Under the pieces are notes generated by a model. The model was not told the DNA's origin and did not search any database. It was given only the letters and a program-made list of their open reading frames with translations. Source: Verrucomicrobiota bacterium (GTDB lineage: Bacteria; Verrucomicrobiota; Verrucomicrobiia; Verrucomicrobiales; DEV007). From it: a stretch of DNA of 64,000 nt. This document shows, piece by piece, positions 36,889 through 46,741 of this stretch; position 1 is the first letter of the stretch; each line of letters starts with the position of its first letter. The translations under genes and the position numbers were made by a program. The DNA is taken from positions 9,258 to 73,257 of the forward strand of contig JASFYY010000010.1 in assembly GCA_045046875.1 (NCBI GenBank), given 5' to 3'.

Positions 36889-38408
36889 TATTTTTCCTTT
36901 TTATCTAAGCCCGAATTTTCAGCGAGCATCGGGGTTGAAAGCCCAGGGAAAACTTCCCTATAGTCCAACGGAGGCTCATACTCCGCGCACCGCTTTTTGG
37001 CATAGCCCACCTCATTGATCCTCTGGTTAACTTGCTTCTTCCAAAAAATCCCCTTATTCCCAGAGAGCTCAGCCCACGTCGCATTACCCGTCTCCAAATT
37101 GATAATCGACAACTTGCCTTCACGTCCTTTATCAATAGTCAGATTCGGCTGCCCAATCCACTCCACCAGCCGCCAGTATTCCTCACCAGGATCAGGCAGG
37201 CGCCCCGCCTTGATCTCCTTCGCCATGTGGTAAGCGTAATAACGCTTACACCACTTCGCGAGTTTGTATTGCTCGTTCAAAATCCAGCGATTGATCTCGT
37301 CCATCACATATCGGATACCCGGACCCGTCACCCCGCTGATCTCGCATAAAGCCTCATAAGGCAAATCCACCCCCCATGTGCAATCTCTCAGCAAAGACTT
37401 TTCAAAATCCATGTGGTTCTGAGATGGGCGATTAGAAGTGATCACCTTCAAAGTTTCCCCCGGCGCGAGATCTGGAGTTTTACCCCCGCCCGTCGCCATC
37501 TCCCAATCTACCTCTTGAGTTGACCCATCCGGCATCGTCACTTTAGCCTTGATCAGTGGACCAGCCAAACCCGACGCACTCGACACCACCGCCGTCGGCA
37601 GCGCCTTCTCTTTTACCACGCCAATACGATTGTCATCCTTGATGCCATGCTTCACAAATCCCCTCGTCTGCACCACATCCATCATGTTGGTCACCGCATG
37701 CACCAATATCGACAAGCCTCGCACTTGACCATGCGTTTCAAAATTCCCAAAATAGATAGCATCCCGCACATCCACCGGGCTGAAATTCGACGGATCCTCG
37801 CTGGAGCGCAAAGAGTATCCCATGTGCCGACCGAACTTGTCCAGCCTCACCCCCATCGTCATGTTGCTCGGAGGCTTCGACGGATTAGTGATCTGATCCG
37901 CCTCATAAAAAGCCAACCTCGCCCCCTTGCTCGAAGTCTCCGTCAGCACCGCCAAACTATCCCCATCCTTAAACCTGTTGCGATTGATCTGCTGCTGCGC
38001 CGTGAAAAAATCAAATTTTCCAGCCCGATCAAAAATCTGTTCAGCACCCGCCCGAGCCATAAAATTATCAAACGCCAGCTCATTCCATTCATCGTCACTA
38101 GTATTCGGCTGCGGAGTCATCGACCCGATCAGCTTCGACATCCCGTTTACCAGGCGTCGCGCAAAACCAAAGTTCGCATAAAGCCAATGCACACGTTTCC
38201 GAATCTCCCTCGCGCTGATCGGAGTCATCTGCCTGCGCGAATCCGTCGACGGCATATACACATATCCACGAGCCGGGCTGCTGCTCGCCGCCTCATACCC
38301 ACTCATCAGCAAATACCCCCCCTGCACACCCTCCATTTGTGTCCCTGAAATTGACCGTTCACGTGAACGGTCAAACTGAGCTTGTTCTGTTTTCAGAGCA
38401 TCACTCAT
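36888..38408 (-). CDS. Portal protein (lambda gpB family)
   Basis: SGYEAAS, GVRLDKFGR, QVRGLS, LAPGE; position. Confidence 0.85.
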   Translation of the reverse strand: MSDALKTEQAQFDRSRERSISGTQMEGVQGGYLLMSGYEAASSSPARGYVYMPSTDSRRQMTPISAREIRKRVHWLYANFGFARRLVNGMSKLIGSMTPQPNTSDDEWNELAFDNFMARAGAEQIFDRAGKFDFFTAQQQINRNRFKDGDSLAVLTETSSKGARLAFYEADQITNPSKPPSNMTMGVRLDKFGRHMGYSLRSSEDPSNFSPVDVRDAIYFGNFETHGQVRGLSILVHAVTNMMDVVQTRGFVKHGIKDDNRIGVVKEKALPTAVVSSASGLAGPLIKAKVTMPDGSTQEVDWEMATGGGKTPDLAPGETLKVITSNRPSQNHMDFEKSLLRDCTWGVDLPYEALCEISGVTGPGIRYVMDEINRWILNEQYKLAKWCKRYYAYHMAKEIKAGRLPDPGEEYWRLVEWIGQPNLTIDKGREGKLSIINLETGNATWAELSGNKGIFWKKQVNQRINEVGYAKKRCAEYEPPLDYREVFPGLSTPMLAENSGLDKKEK

Positions 38409-38719
38409 TACGACCGCAAAGGTTGATGTGAATAATCCGTGCCCGACCCAAACGCCCTCGAATCCACCACCGGTTGCCCTGCCGCCAAGTTAGCCAAAGC
38501 AGCCTGGCATGCCGCGATAAAATCAAGTTGATCCTCCGGTTTCGCCAGCGTGATCCCCGCCGCATTCCGATCCCCCATCGACGACGTCGTGATGTGGATA
38601 TTGACCGACACCCGCGACTCCAGTGCTGCCCGCACCTTATCTTTTAACGCAATAATTTCAGCCTCAGACTTGTTGTCCGTCAGCTCAGCGATGTAAATAG
38701 GATTATTGAACAAGCCCAC
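38408..38719 (-). CDS. Head completion protein (gpW position)
   Basis: Small gene directly upstream of the portal, as in lambda. Confidence 0.5.
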   Translation of the reverse strand: MGLFNNPIYIAELTDNKSEAEIIALKDKVRAALESRVSVNIHITTSSMGDRNAAGITLAKPEDQLDFIAACQAALANLAAGQPVVDSRAFGSGTDYSHQPLRS

Positions 38720-38738
38720 GCCTCGGCGGGAATGTCAA

Positions 38739-38918
38739 TCACTCCGACTCTTCCGCTTCATCCGCCTCTTTCTCCCTCTTCACCTTCGCCCAGCGTGCCC
38801 GCGCCGCTGCGCTCGCCTGCTCACTGCTTCGAGCCTTGCTCTTGCCCTTCCCCGCAGTTCCGCCCTTCTTCCCCATCTCCGAGAAGTATTTCGAGATTAT
38901 GCTCTTTTTGTCCGCCAT
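38739..38918 (-). CDS. Small basic protein with MGKKGG...AAARARW motif
   Basis: 59 aa from ATG 38918; extended -10-like TGTGGTATGTT upstream. Confidence 0.6.
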   Translation of the reverse strand: MADKKSIISKYFSEMGKKGGTAGKGKSKARSSEQASAAARARWAKVKREKEADEAEESE

Positions 38919-39039
38919 GCTCGGGGGAACATACCACAAGAACCCCATCTGACCAGAAGCGAACCACCAAGCCCGCTTCCACCGCCTCAGCATGCATCGC
39001 TTTTAATTTTTCAGTGTGTTTCTTAGCCATCGTTCTTTA

Positions 39040-39068
39040 ACTATGCGCAAGCGGCTTGCGTTTGTCAA
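39040..39068 (-). promoter_or_regulatory. Sigma70-type promoter with a palindromic operator in the spacer
   Basis: TTGACA-N17-CATAGT; CGCAAGC-n-GCTTGCG at 39046-39060. Confidence 0.65.
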
Positions 39069-40966
39069 GCCGCCTCTTGTTCCCCCTCTTCCGGTGGCGA
39101 CTCATCCGGATCAAAAGCCAGCAGGTAAGGTTTGACCACATACCAATCCACAAAATTGAGTTTCACCCCATCACCAAAATCATTAGCTCCTTTTGGTTTT
39201 GCCCACTGCTGGATGTATTGATTTCCACGCACCACCAACTTCCTCTCCTCCTGACACAATTCCGCTGTGAAACTAGGATCAGGATTGCGCATCATGTGGA
39301 TCAACGGAGCCTTCGCCACATTCCCTTCAGCTCGCTCCTCCAGTATTTTCTTACGCCCCGCGATACAATGTTCATAAACAATCGTTTTGAAATTGTCGTC
39401 CGAGAACTGGTAAGCCGTCACCGGATGACCCGCCTGACTATAGCGCTCCTTCGCCTCCACCACATCTTTCACCTGGGTTCCACCCGCACCACGTGCTGGG
39501 TAAAATCTCAACATCGGCGTTCCATCAGGCATCTCTCCAATCACCGTTTGTAAACAAAAATTTCTAACCACAAAGGTATCAAACCCCTCATCAATTAGCC
39601 CGGTTAATACAACCGGATCTATTTGCTCATCCTCCGGCGTATCCCCCCAGTCATCCACAATCACCGGAGTATCCGCCGCCAACAGCAAATCCCGCTCAGA
39701 AATACAAGTTCCATAATCAACGATATAAGCCTCATCCTCTTTGATCCGCCACGCCATCTTCACCCACTTGTAAACATCCAACTGCTTATCCACCCCCATC
39801 GTCACCAGATCCGGCACCACCGGACAATGCCCATGTTCATAAGTTCCCTCCATGTCACTCATGTGACTGTCCCGCACCTCCACCGTCTTTTTCCTCACCG
39901 GTTCACCCAGGCGATTACGCCGAAAGTGATCCAGCTTATCGGAATCGCCCTGAGCATCGAGCCACTCCGACACAATGATTCCCCAAGCAGCTTTGGGGAA
40001 AGTAGAATACAAATCAGAAATATCGCAGGAAAAACGTCGAGGCTTAGGTTTGAAACGATCCTGCCCATAGTTCGTCCGCCGCCACTCGTAGCGGCTCATC
40101 ATCTCAGGCTTGTGTTTCTCCTCAATCTTTCCTTTGCAAGCAGGATTAGCACACTCGTAGTAAGTCTCCGTCAGCACCCTGTCCGCATCCCACCCGCCAA
40201 CCAGATCTTTACAGTGTTCAAATTTTAGCTGCTTGAAATCAATCGTCTGGTAAAAATCACAATGCGGACACGGCACAAAACAACGATGCCGACTGCCTTT
40301 CAAATAGTCCTGGTTCAACTGGCTCTCCCACTGATCAGGCTTGGAGATCTCCACAAAAAAAGCATCCGATACTCGCTTCGTTCGATCCCTCAACAAATGC
40401 ACCGGGTGCGACTCCGTCCGATGCTCTACCGTCCGATAGGCATCCACCTCATCCGCAATCGCCAGCCCAATCGACTTGTTAGCCAGCGCCCCCACCGAAT
40501 TCGCCCCCGCCAAATAAATCGTCAACCCCTTTAGCGACAAAGTCAGGTTAGTAATCCCGTCATCATTTTCAGCGATCTTGCCGTCAGCTGCCGCGCAATT
40601 TCTCAGCATCGGCTGCAACCGCTCCGTGCTGATCTTCCTCGCCTCGTCGCGGCTATCGATACAATAAAAAATATTGCGCGAGAAATTTACTACCCAATAG
40701 CAAATCAAAATCAAACACGCCAAAGTGAATCCACTCTGCGAAGATTTCCGACACACAAACTCATCCCAATCCCCCGAGCTCGCCACGTCAAACAGGATCC
40801 GTGTATGTGGCGTCAGCGACGAATCATAACGTCCAGGAAAATCCGCACTCTCCTTTGTATCAAGCTTGATATTTTCCTCACCCCATTCATGAATCGGCTG
40901 AGTCGGACGAGCCCGAAGCACCCGCTTAAACACCGACGTCACAAAACCAGCCGTCGAAAACATCAT
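39065..40966 (-). CDS. terL: Terminase large subunit (lambda gpA family)
   Basis: RKSSQSGFT Walker A, IADEVDAY Walker B, VPCPHC, MGVDKQ and IDEG nuclease motifs. Confidence 0.93.
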   Translation of the reverse strand: MMFSTAGFVTSVFKRVLRARPTQPIHEWGEENIKLDTKESADFPGRYDSSLTPHTRILFDVASSGDWDEFVCRKSSQSGFTLACLILICYWVVNFSRNIFYCIDSRDEARKISTERLQPMLRNCAAADGKIAENDDGITNLTLSLKGLTIYLAGANSVGALANKSIGLAIADEVDAYRTVEHRTESHPVHLLRDRTKRVSDAFFVEISKPDQWESQLNQDYLKGSRHRCFVPCPHCDFYQTIDFKQLKFEHCKDLVGGWDADRVLTETYYECANPACKGKIEEKHKPEMMSRYEWRRTNYGQDRFKPKPRRFSCDISDLYSTFPKAAWGIIVSEWLDAQGDSDKLDHFRRNRLGEPVRKKTVEVRDSHMSDMEGTYEHGHCPVVPDLVTMGVDKQLDVYKWVKMAWRIKEDEAYIVDYGTCISERDLLLAADTPVIVDDWGDTPEDEQIDPVVLTGLIDEGFDTFVVRNFCLQTVIGEMPDGTPMLRFYPARGAGGTQVKDVVEAKERYSQAGHPVTAYQFSDDNFKTIVYEHCIAGRKKILEERAEGNVAKAPLIHMMRNPDPSFTAELCQEERKLVVRGNQYIQQWAKPKGANDFGDGVKLNFVDWYVVKPYLLAFDPDESPPEEGEQEAA

Positions 40967-41922
40967 TCCTCCGACTCCAATTCAAATGCTGGACCGAAGT
41001 CAGCAGCCCCCATGCTTTCAAAACATTTATCCAACGCCTCATTCCAGGTCTCCGTCATCTGCTGAAACAAATCCCCCGAAATAGACAGCTTCGTCGCCAC
41101 CCGCACCGGCAGCGACCGCAATCCTTGATGCACCGTATTCAACCGCTCGATGAACTCCGCCTCGAGCTCATCCCGGTTCACCAACCTGCCCGCCGTCAGC
41201 AATACCGACTCCGCATCCTTCTCAGCTTTCCGCAGCGCCTCAAAAGCTCGCTCCCATGCCCGCTGCCTCATCTCCACCGAGGCCGGTTCATTTTTGATCG
41301 CATGCTGCACCATGCCCGCCGCCAACTGCTCAGCCTGCCTCGCCCTTCCCAGAGCCGCCTCAAAACCTAGACCCTTTGGAAGATTCCTCGAATCAAAAGA
41401 AATCCCACTCGACACATCCCCCTGCCCCTCCGCCTTATCACCAGATTCCAACTTCAACAAAGACTCCGGCACCTTCTGCGTCATCACCCGCCGCCACCAC
41501 CCAGCCACCTCTCCAGGGTTATCCAATGGCGGAGGATCGGGCGGATTCTTTTCCCGCCCACGCTTGATCATTCGTTTAATCGTCCTGTCCGATTTATATC
41601 CGAGCAGCTCAGCGTAATGGCTCAGCTTATGCGGGTAGGTTGTCGCCGTCGATTTCTTCGCCGCCTGCTTCCGATCCGGCACCCACGCCCCCAGCTCAGC
41701 GAACTCCGCATCCGTCAGCCGTCCACCCTTCGCCCACTTTCGCAACAACGACGCCACCCGAGTTTTGAGCAGCTCATCCGTATCCGTATCACCCGCCACC
41801 AGCTGCGCCATCATTTCGCGCTCATTCCCTGACAGCGTTGCCCCCTTCCCCACTTTAGTGATGACGTTTCTCAAATCCGCCGTCAGCACCTTTTCCGCCA
41901 GATCCGGAGTAACGTCAGACAT
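40963..41922 (-). CDS. Putative terminase small subunit
   Basis: HTH (YAELLGYKSDRTIKR), C-terminal GRLVNRDE..LRSLP; upstream of terL. Confidence 0.65.
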   Translation of the reverse strand: MSDVTPDLAEKVLTADLRNVITKVGKGATLSGNEREMMAQLVAGDTDTDELLKTRVASLLRKWAKGGRLTDAEFAELGAWVPDRKQAAKKSTATTYPHKLSHYAELLGYKSDRTIKRMIKRGREKNPPDPPPLDNPGEVAGWWRRVMTQKVPESLLKLESGDKAEGQGDVSSGISFDSRNLPKGLGFEAALGRARQAEQLAAGMVQHAIKNEPASVEMRQRAWERAFEALRKAEKDAESVLLTAGRLVNRDELEAEFIERLNTVHQGLRSLPVRVATKLSISGDLFQQMTETWNEALDKCFESMGAADFGPAFELESEE

Positions 41923-43267
41923 CGCCTCCCACTTTCTCAATCACCAGCCCATGCCCTAACGCCCGTTCCAAAATCACCGCACAATATTTCGGATCCAATT
42001 CCGTCATCACACAGCGCCGCCCAGTTTCCTCAGCCGCAATCAAAGTCGTGCCACTTCCGCCAAACAGCTCCAGCACAATTTCACCCTTCCTCGACGAATT
42101 CCAAATTTGCCGCGCCACCAACCCCAACGGCTTGATAGTCGGATGCATAGGACTCTTCGCCGCCTTCGGTTCCCGGATCACACTCGAGCCCCTATCATTT
42201 CTCAAATTTTTGATAACCTCAATCAGATCCACCTTCGATTTTTTCAGCAAAGCCGCCTCATCATCGATCACCGTGCTTTCCGAAAATCCCCCCTGCCAAT
42301 AATGCGCAGCCCCCGGCTTCCAACCATACAGAATAGGTTCATGCTGCCACTGGTGATCCTGCCGCCCCAGCGTAAACCCACTTTTCACCCACACCAGGCA
42401 CTGCTTCAAATCCCAATCAGCTCGCGCAAAACACTCCCGATTCACCAGCCCATGAGTCTCCGCATGAGCCACGTAAATTGCCCCACCCTTTTTCGTGAAT
42501 TTAAACGCCACCTCAAAAGCCGACTCCAAAAGCTCTTCATAGTCCGCCGCCGACAACTCATCATTAATCAACTCCTGCGGCACCACTCCACTTTCGCCAC
42601 CCTTACTTTCAACCCGACTCGCCTGCAATTCATGGTACGCCACATTGTAAGGCGGATCCGTCCACACCATATCTGCTACTTTATCACCAAGCAGCAACCT
42701 CCAACTTCCCTCATTCGTGCAATCCCCACAAAGTAATCGATGCTCGCCCACCTGGAACAAATCCCCAAACTCCACCTGCCACTTTTCCTGCAGCTCTTCC
42801 GCCGCCGAAACCAACTCCTCCGTTTCCTCCTGATCGCCCTCCAAATCGGGAGCCGACAGCATCCCCAATAATTCCTCCGCATCGAACCCCGCCAGCGCGA
42901 TATCCAATCCCGCCGCCTCCAAGTCCTGGGCAATAAAATTTAAAACCTCATCATCGAACACACCAATCAAACGATTCGCTGCAATCAACCGAGCCAAGTG
43001 AGTCTCTTCATCATAGTCCACTATCGATACCTCGACGTGCGTGTAACCCATATCCGCCAGCACCTTCGCCCGCAAATGCCCCGAAACCAGCATCCCATTC
43101 CGCCGATTCACCACCAGCGGATCAAAATAATCATGCCCCAACGATTTCTTTAACACCTCCCACTCCGGACTCCCCGGCTCCGGATGCTTCCTCGGATTCC
43201 GTGGATGCGGTTTCAGCCCCGCCACCTCCACCCTCTCAATGTTCAATTTTGCTACCAGCTCGCTCAC
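41915..43267 (-). CDS. DNA amino-methyltransferase with N-terminal ParB-like domain
   Basis: LKPHPRNPRKH, VSGHLR; TDPPY, HPTIKP, LFGGSGTT. Confidence 0.92.
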   Translation of the reverse strand: MSELVAKLNIERVEVAGLKPHPRNPRKHPEPGSPEWEVLKKSLGHDYFDPLVVNRRNGMLVSGHLRAKVLADMGYTHVEVSIVDYDEETHLARLIAANRLIGVFDDEVLNFIAQDLEAAGLDIALAGFDAEELLGMLSAPDLEGDQEETEELVSAAEELQEKWQVEFGDLFQVGEHRLLCGDCTNEGSWRLLLGDKVADMVWTDPPYNVAYHELQASRVESKGGESGVVPQELINDELSAADYEELLESAFEVAFKFTKKGGAIYVAHAETHGLVNRECFARADWDLKQCLVWVKSGFTLGRQDHQWQHEPILYGWKPGAAHYWQGGFSESTVIDDEAALLKKSKVDLIEVIKNLRNDRGSSVIREPKAAKSPMHPTIKPLGLVARQIWNSSRKGEIVLELFGGSGTTLIAAEETGRRCVMTELDPKYCAVILERALGHGLVIEKVGGDV

Positions 43268-43400
43268 TCCTTTTCGACCTTGTCAAACAGGACAAGGACA
43301 CAAAGTTTTTCACTATCCCACGCAAAATAGCACTGGGAGACGCCTTACCCGCAGTGAAGAGGACAAAAGCAAAAGATTCCTTATTTTTTAAGGACAAAAA

Positions 43401-43737
43401 GCATAGGTGCACAGGTGAGCAGGAAGATTGTCACTGTCCTATAGAAAAATATCTCTCACTCTCAGCAATAGGGAAGCTAAGAACACCCTATGTTACCTAT
43501 GCTACCTATGCTTTCTGCCTCCCTCCCATTGGAAATCCTTTAACTGTAAGCAAGTTATCCATCGCGAAAAAAGCATAGGTTAAACATGCAAGGCATAGGT
43601 GGGTGTGCCTTTAGCCCATTGGGGTGCGGGGAAAAGGCTCGTGAAATCAAAAAAACGTGACCGCCCCCATCAGCGAGGAAGGAAATTAAAGCGCAGCCCC
43701 TGCACCTATGCCTAAAAGCATAGGTAGCGGCATGGGT
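43401..43737. repeat. Iteron-like cluster (GCATAGGT octamer, both orientations), putative replication origin
   Basis: Exact copies at 43401, 43495, 43504, 43573, 43593, 43704, 43718; degenerate at 43409, 43486, 43730. Confidence 0.75.
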
Positions 43738-43797
43738 GAGATTAACGACAAGCAGCAACTAAAGAAGCGCTGCGAAGGAACAGGTTGAGCCAGCGGC

Positions 43798-45504
43798 TTA
43801 GCCCTCAAGCGTCACCAGGTATCTTCGCTGGCGATTCTTTCCGCGATTACCAAAGCGCACGCAGCGCCCATCTTTGAGCTTAAATAGCCGCCCACCATAC
43901 TTCATAGAGAAAATTTTACCCATAGCAGCCTTCGTCTTCGGCGTCGCCTCATAGTGCCTGGCCATGCCTTCCTCGACCTTTTTCCACCTACCCTCAATCA
44001 GCCAAGGGAAACAATCTTGTTCCACTGCCACATCCAGCACCTCTGGAAACGTAAACTCCTGCGTCCTATTGCCCTCAGCCGTATTAACTTTGTCCGCCAA
44101 ATCCGTCACCAACGCCATCATATCCTCAAACTCAGAGTCCGCACTCTCATCATCAGGAGGACGCACACAAGGATCCCCAAATCCAGCAGCCTCTACAATC
44201 CCACCGAATATCTCACACCATTTCTGAAAACCTCCCATCATCGTGCTGCCTTTAGCCCGGCCAGCCTTGTCCCATTCACGGATTAGCGTCCACAATGCCG
44301 TCAGCACATCGCTTCTTACACTTTCATTGGCTAAAAATTCATCATCGATCACCCGGCGAATCGCCCTATCCTGCACATCCGCCTCATCTAGGTGCAATTT
44401 GCACTGCAGGAACCTTCCCGCCAAATCACTTTCAATTGTTAATCCGTGCCCGGTCACAAACACCATCGCTCGGTTGATTACATCGAACTCTTTCTGACCA
44501 CCCATCACACGCCCTGTCCAATATGGAGACGTCATGAAAGCGTTCAGCTCATTACTCCTCAAATTCCCCGCAACGTCATCCATGATAATGTAAGGACTCG
44601 CTGCCAGTGACGCCGCATCCAGCATCTTTCGGAACTCCTCATCATTCTTAGGCTTGCTCCGGACACGACACCTCCCGATCACAGGCGTCACCACCAGCTT
44701 AAACAAAAGAGTTTTTCCTGATCGATGTGAGTTAGCATTATAAAGCGCACCCAAACGCTGTGCCAATGGTGGCAACAGCCCCGCCCCATAAAACGCCACC
44801 ATCGCCCCGATATGAGCAGCCAGATCCCTGGAAACAGTTCGCTCCTTATTCCAATCCGCAAAATCAAACTCCCTGTGTAGATCCAACAGCAAGTGATGCG
44901 CCATATCAAGAGTCATATCATCCTTAATTTCCACCTGACTAGGCATTGTAAAAATGCCGCTCTCATCATCATACCCCTGACTCAATAGCTCAATCCTACC
45001 ATCACCACGCACAACTGGCTGCTGCACCTGATTAACTTTCTCCAGCGATTTCAACTTATACAAAAATTGACGTGAAGACAAAGTGCCTCGAGCACACTCC
45101 GTCGTCATCGTTGTCGGCAATCTAACCGTTTTCTCTTTATCCCCCTTACCCACCAACTGCTGCTTATAAGTAACTGCCAAATCCTCAATAAAAGTTCGAA
45201 AAGTATCATCCTCAAGCACCTCAATCACCCCCGTCTCCCTGTTCACCAGCACCACCGTCGTATCACGCCTATACACCCCATGATCGCGACAAATCGCCCC
45301 AGCCTCCCTTGCAAAATCAGCCAACCTTCGTCCCACCCTCGGCAGCTCAATATAAGGCAATGCCAAATCCTCCTCTTCAACACCCCCACCATCTCCGCCA
45401 TCTGGCGGCATCCCTCCATCCACCCCACTTCCAGCCTCTTCCCGCGCCAGCCTATTCATAGCAGCCACCTGCCCGTCAGCATCAAATTCAATTACCTCGC
45501 CCAT
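43798..45504 (-). CDS. Replicative helicase/P-loop NTPase
   Basis: ANSHRSGKT Walker A, IIMDDV Walker B; coupled to the primase. Confidence 0.7.
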   Translation of the reverse strand: MGEVIEFDADGQVAAMNRLAREEAGSGVDGGMPPDGGDGGGVEEEDLALPYIELPRVGRRLADFAREAGAICRDHGVYRRDTTVVLVNRETGVIEVLEDDTFRTFIEDLAVTYKQQLVGKGDKEKTVRLPTTMTTECARGTLSSRQFLYKLKSLEKVNQVQQPVVRGDGRIELLSQGYDDESGIFTMPSQVEIKDDMTLDMAHHLLLDLHREFDFADWNKERTVSRDLAAHIGAMVAFYGAGLLPPLAQRLGALYNANSHRSGKTLLFKLVVTPVIGRCRVRSKPKNDEEFRKMLDAASLAASPYIIMDDVAGNLRSNELNAFMTSPYWTGRVMGGQKEFDVINRAMVFVTGHGLTIESDLAGRFLQCKLHLDEADVQDRAIRRVIDDEFLANESVRSDVLTALWTLIREWDKAGRAKGSTMMGGFQKWCEIFGGIVEAAGFGDPCVRPPDDESADSEFEDMMALVTDLADKVNTAEGNRTQEFTFPEVLDVAVEQDCFPWLIEGRWKKVEEGMARHYEATPKTKAAMGKIFSMKYGGRLFKLKDGRCVRFGNRGKNRQRRYLVTLEG

Positions 45505-46703
45505 TAGCTAAGCCCTCCTTCCAGCTCCGCCAAGCGCTTCTTCGCCACCTCGCTTACCGTCGCATAGTAACGCAGCCCCTCTTTTATCCACTCACCACCA
45601 GTCGGATCAGAATCCGCCACCCCCACATCACACCACCAGTTCACCACATCACGACGAGCGAACTGCTCAATCAAAGGTCGCGCCTCCGGTTTACTATTAA
45701 TATAAAGCAATTTCTGCAACACCGGCTTAGCAAAACGAACATGCTCCTTACCCTTCGACATCTTCCCCTCGCGAAAACACCCAGGCAGCCTAGTCAGCCG
45801 CACCGCCGTCAACACCCCACTATCTGCCCCATTTGTGATCAAAAAGCGCAGCCCAGGAGCCATCGCCGCCTTGATATCATCCCAATGACGCTTTGTCTTC
45901 GCATCCACCTGGACCAGCGCATGCACACTACGCCCACCCGACGAATAAATAGCACCGATCTTCAAAGGCAACTGCGCCACCGCCCCCAACCATTCCCGCA
46001 CCGGAGCATCATCCGACTCCAGCACCATCCACCTCCACGCCGTCACACTTTCCTCACTGCGCCTGCTGCGCGTCCCCTGACGCGGATTCGGATGGTAATC
46101 CCCATCCACCGGCTGCCCTAGAAACCAAACCCCACACTTACCCGTCTCAGGCACCGGATCATCAGGCCACATCGCCTGCCCTTGAGTATATTCCTCCGTA
46201 AAAACCAACACCTTCTCGTTTGTAGCATCATACAAAGTGCTCAAAAACCCCTCAGTATCCAACGTCGCCGGATCCACCTCACTACGGTTAGCCAACCAGA
46301 CAAGATCCACCTCCCTCGCCCAATCGCCCGCAAACTCCCGCAACGCAGCTGGATCATATACCGGCTTCGGAACCGGAGCCACCACAGCCCTACGCCCCCC
46401 CACAGGTTCAGCTACCCCCTTCCCATCATACCCCTGGCCAATCAAATAACCCCTATCCTGATCATCCGGCGAGCCATCCGCACTTCGCAGCTTGTGCTCC
46501 AGCTCCTTCGCCGACCACTTCACATCGCACCGACCGTTAAAATCCTCCATCATCGGCATAGCTTGATCCACCGACAAATGGAAACCCTTCACCAATGCGC
46601 AAGCCGCAGCAAACGTCGCATTGTGACCACCACTCCCGCTAATAGCAGGCGGCATAGCCGCCACATACATACGGGCACGTTCAGAAATAGTAGGACGAGA
46701 CAT
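45504..46703 (-). CDS. Primase (PriCT-like N-domain plus AEP-like domain)
   Basis: AISGSGGHNATF, VLESD, SGGRSVHA, RLTRLPG. Confidence 0.7.
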   Translation of the reverse strand: MSRPTISERARMYVAAMPPAISGSGGHNATFAAACALVKGFHLSVDQAMPMMEDFNGRCDVKWSAKELEHKLRSADGSPDDQDRGYLIGQGYDGKGVAEPVGGRRAVVAPVPKPVYDPAALREFAGDWAREVDLVWLANRSEVDPATLDTEGFLSTLYDATNEKVLVFTEEYTQGQAMWPDDPVPETGKCGVWFLGQPVDGDYHPNPRQGTRSRRSEESVTAWRWMVLESDDAPVREWLGAVAQLPLKIGAIYSSGGRSVHALVQVDAKTKRHWDDIKAAMAPGLRFLITNGADSGVLTAVRLTRLPGCFREGKMSKGKEHVRFAKPVLQKLLYINSKPEARPLIEQFARRDVVNWWCDVGVADSDPTGGEWIKEGLRYYATVSEVAKKRLAELEGGLS

Positions 46704-46741
46704 AACGCAGAATTACCACCAAAGTCAAAATGCACACAGAC

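Noticed and set aside
39063..39068. TTGACA as another N13 motif instance
   Set aside because: Lies 32 nt from the ATG and has a -10 box at N17, so it is an ordinary sigma70-type promoter
43401..43737. CRISPR array
   Set aside because: Repeats are 8 bp, irregularly spaced and in both orientations; no cas genes seen
46704..46728. TTGACT before the primase as a late-motif instance
   Set aside because: Spacer is 19 nt and the gene is not late; not counted
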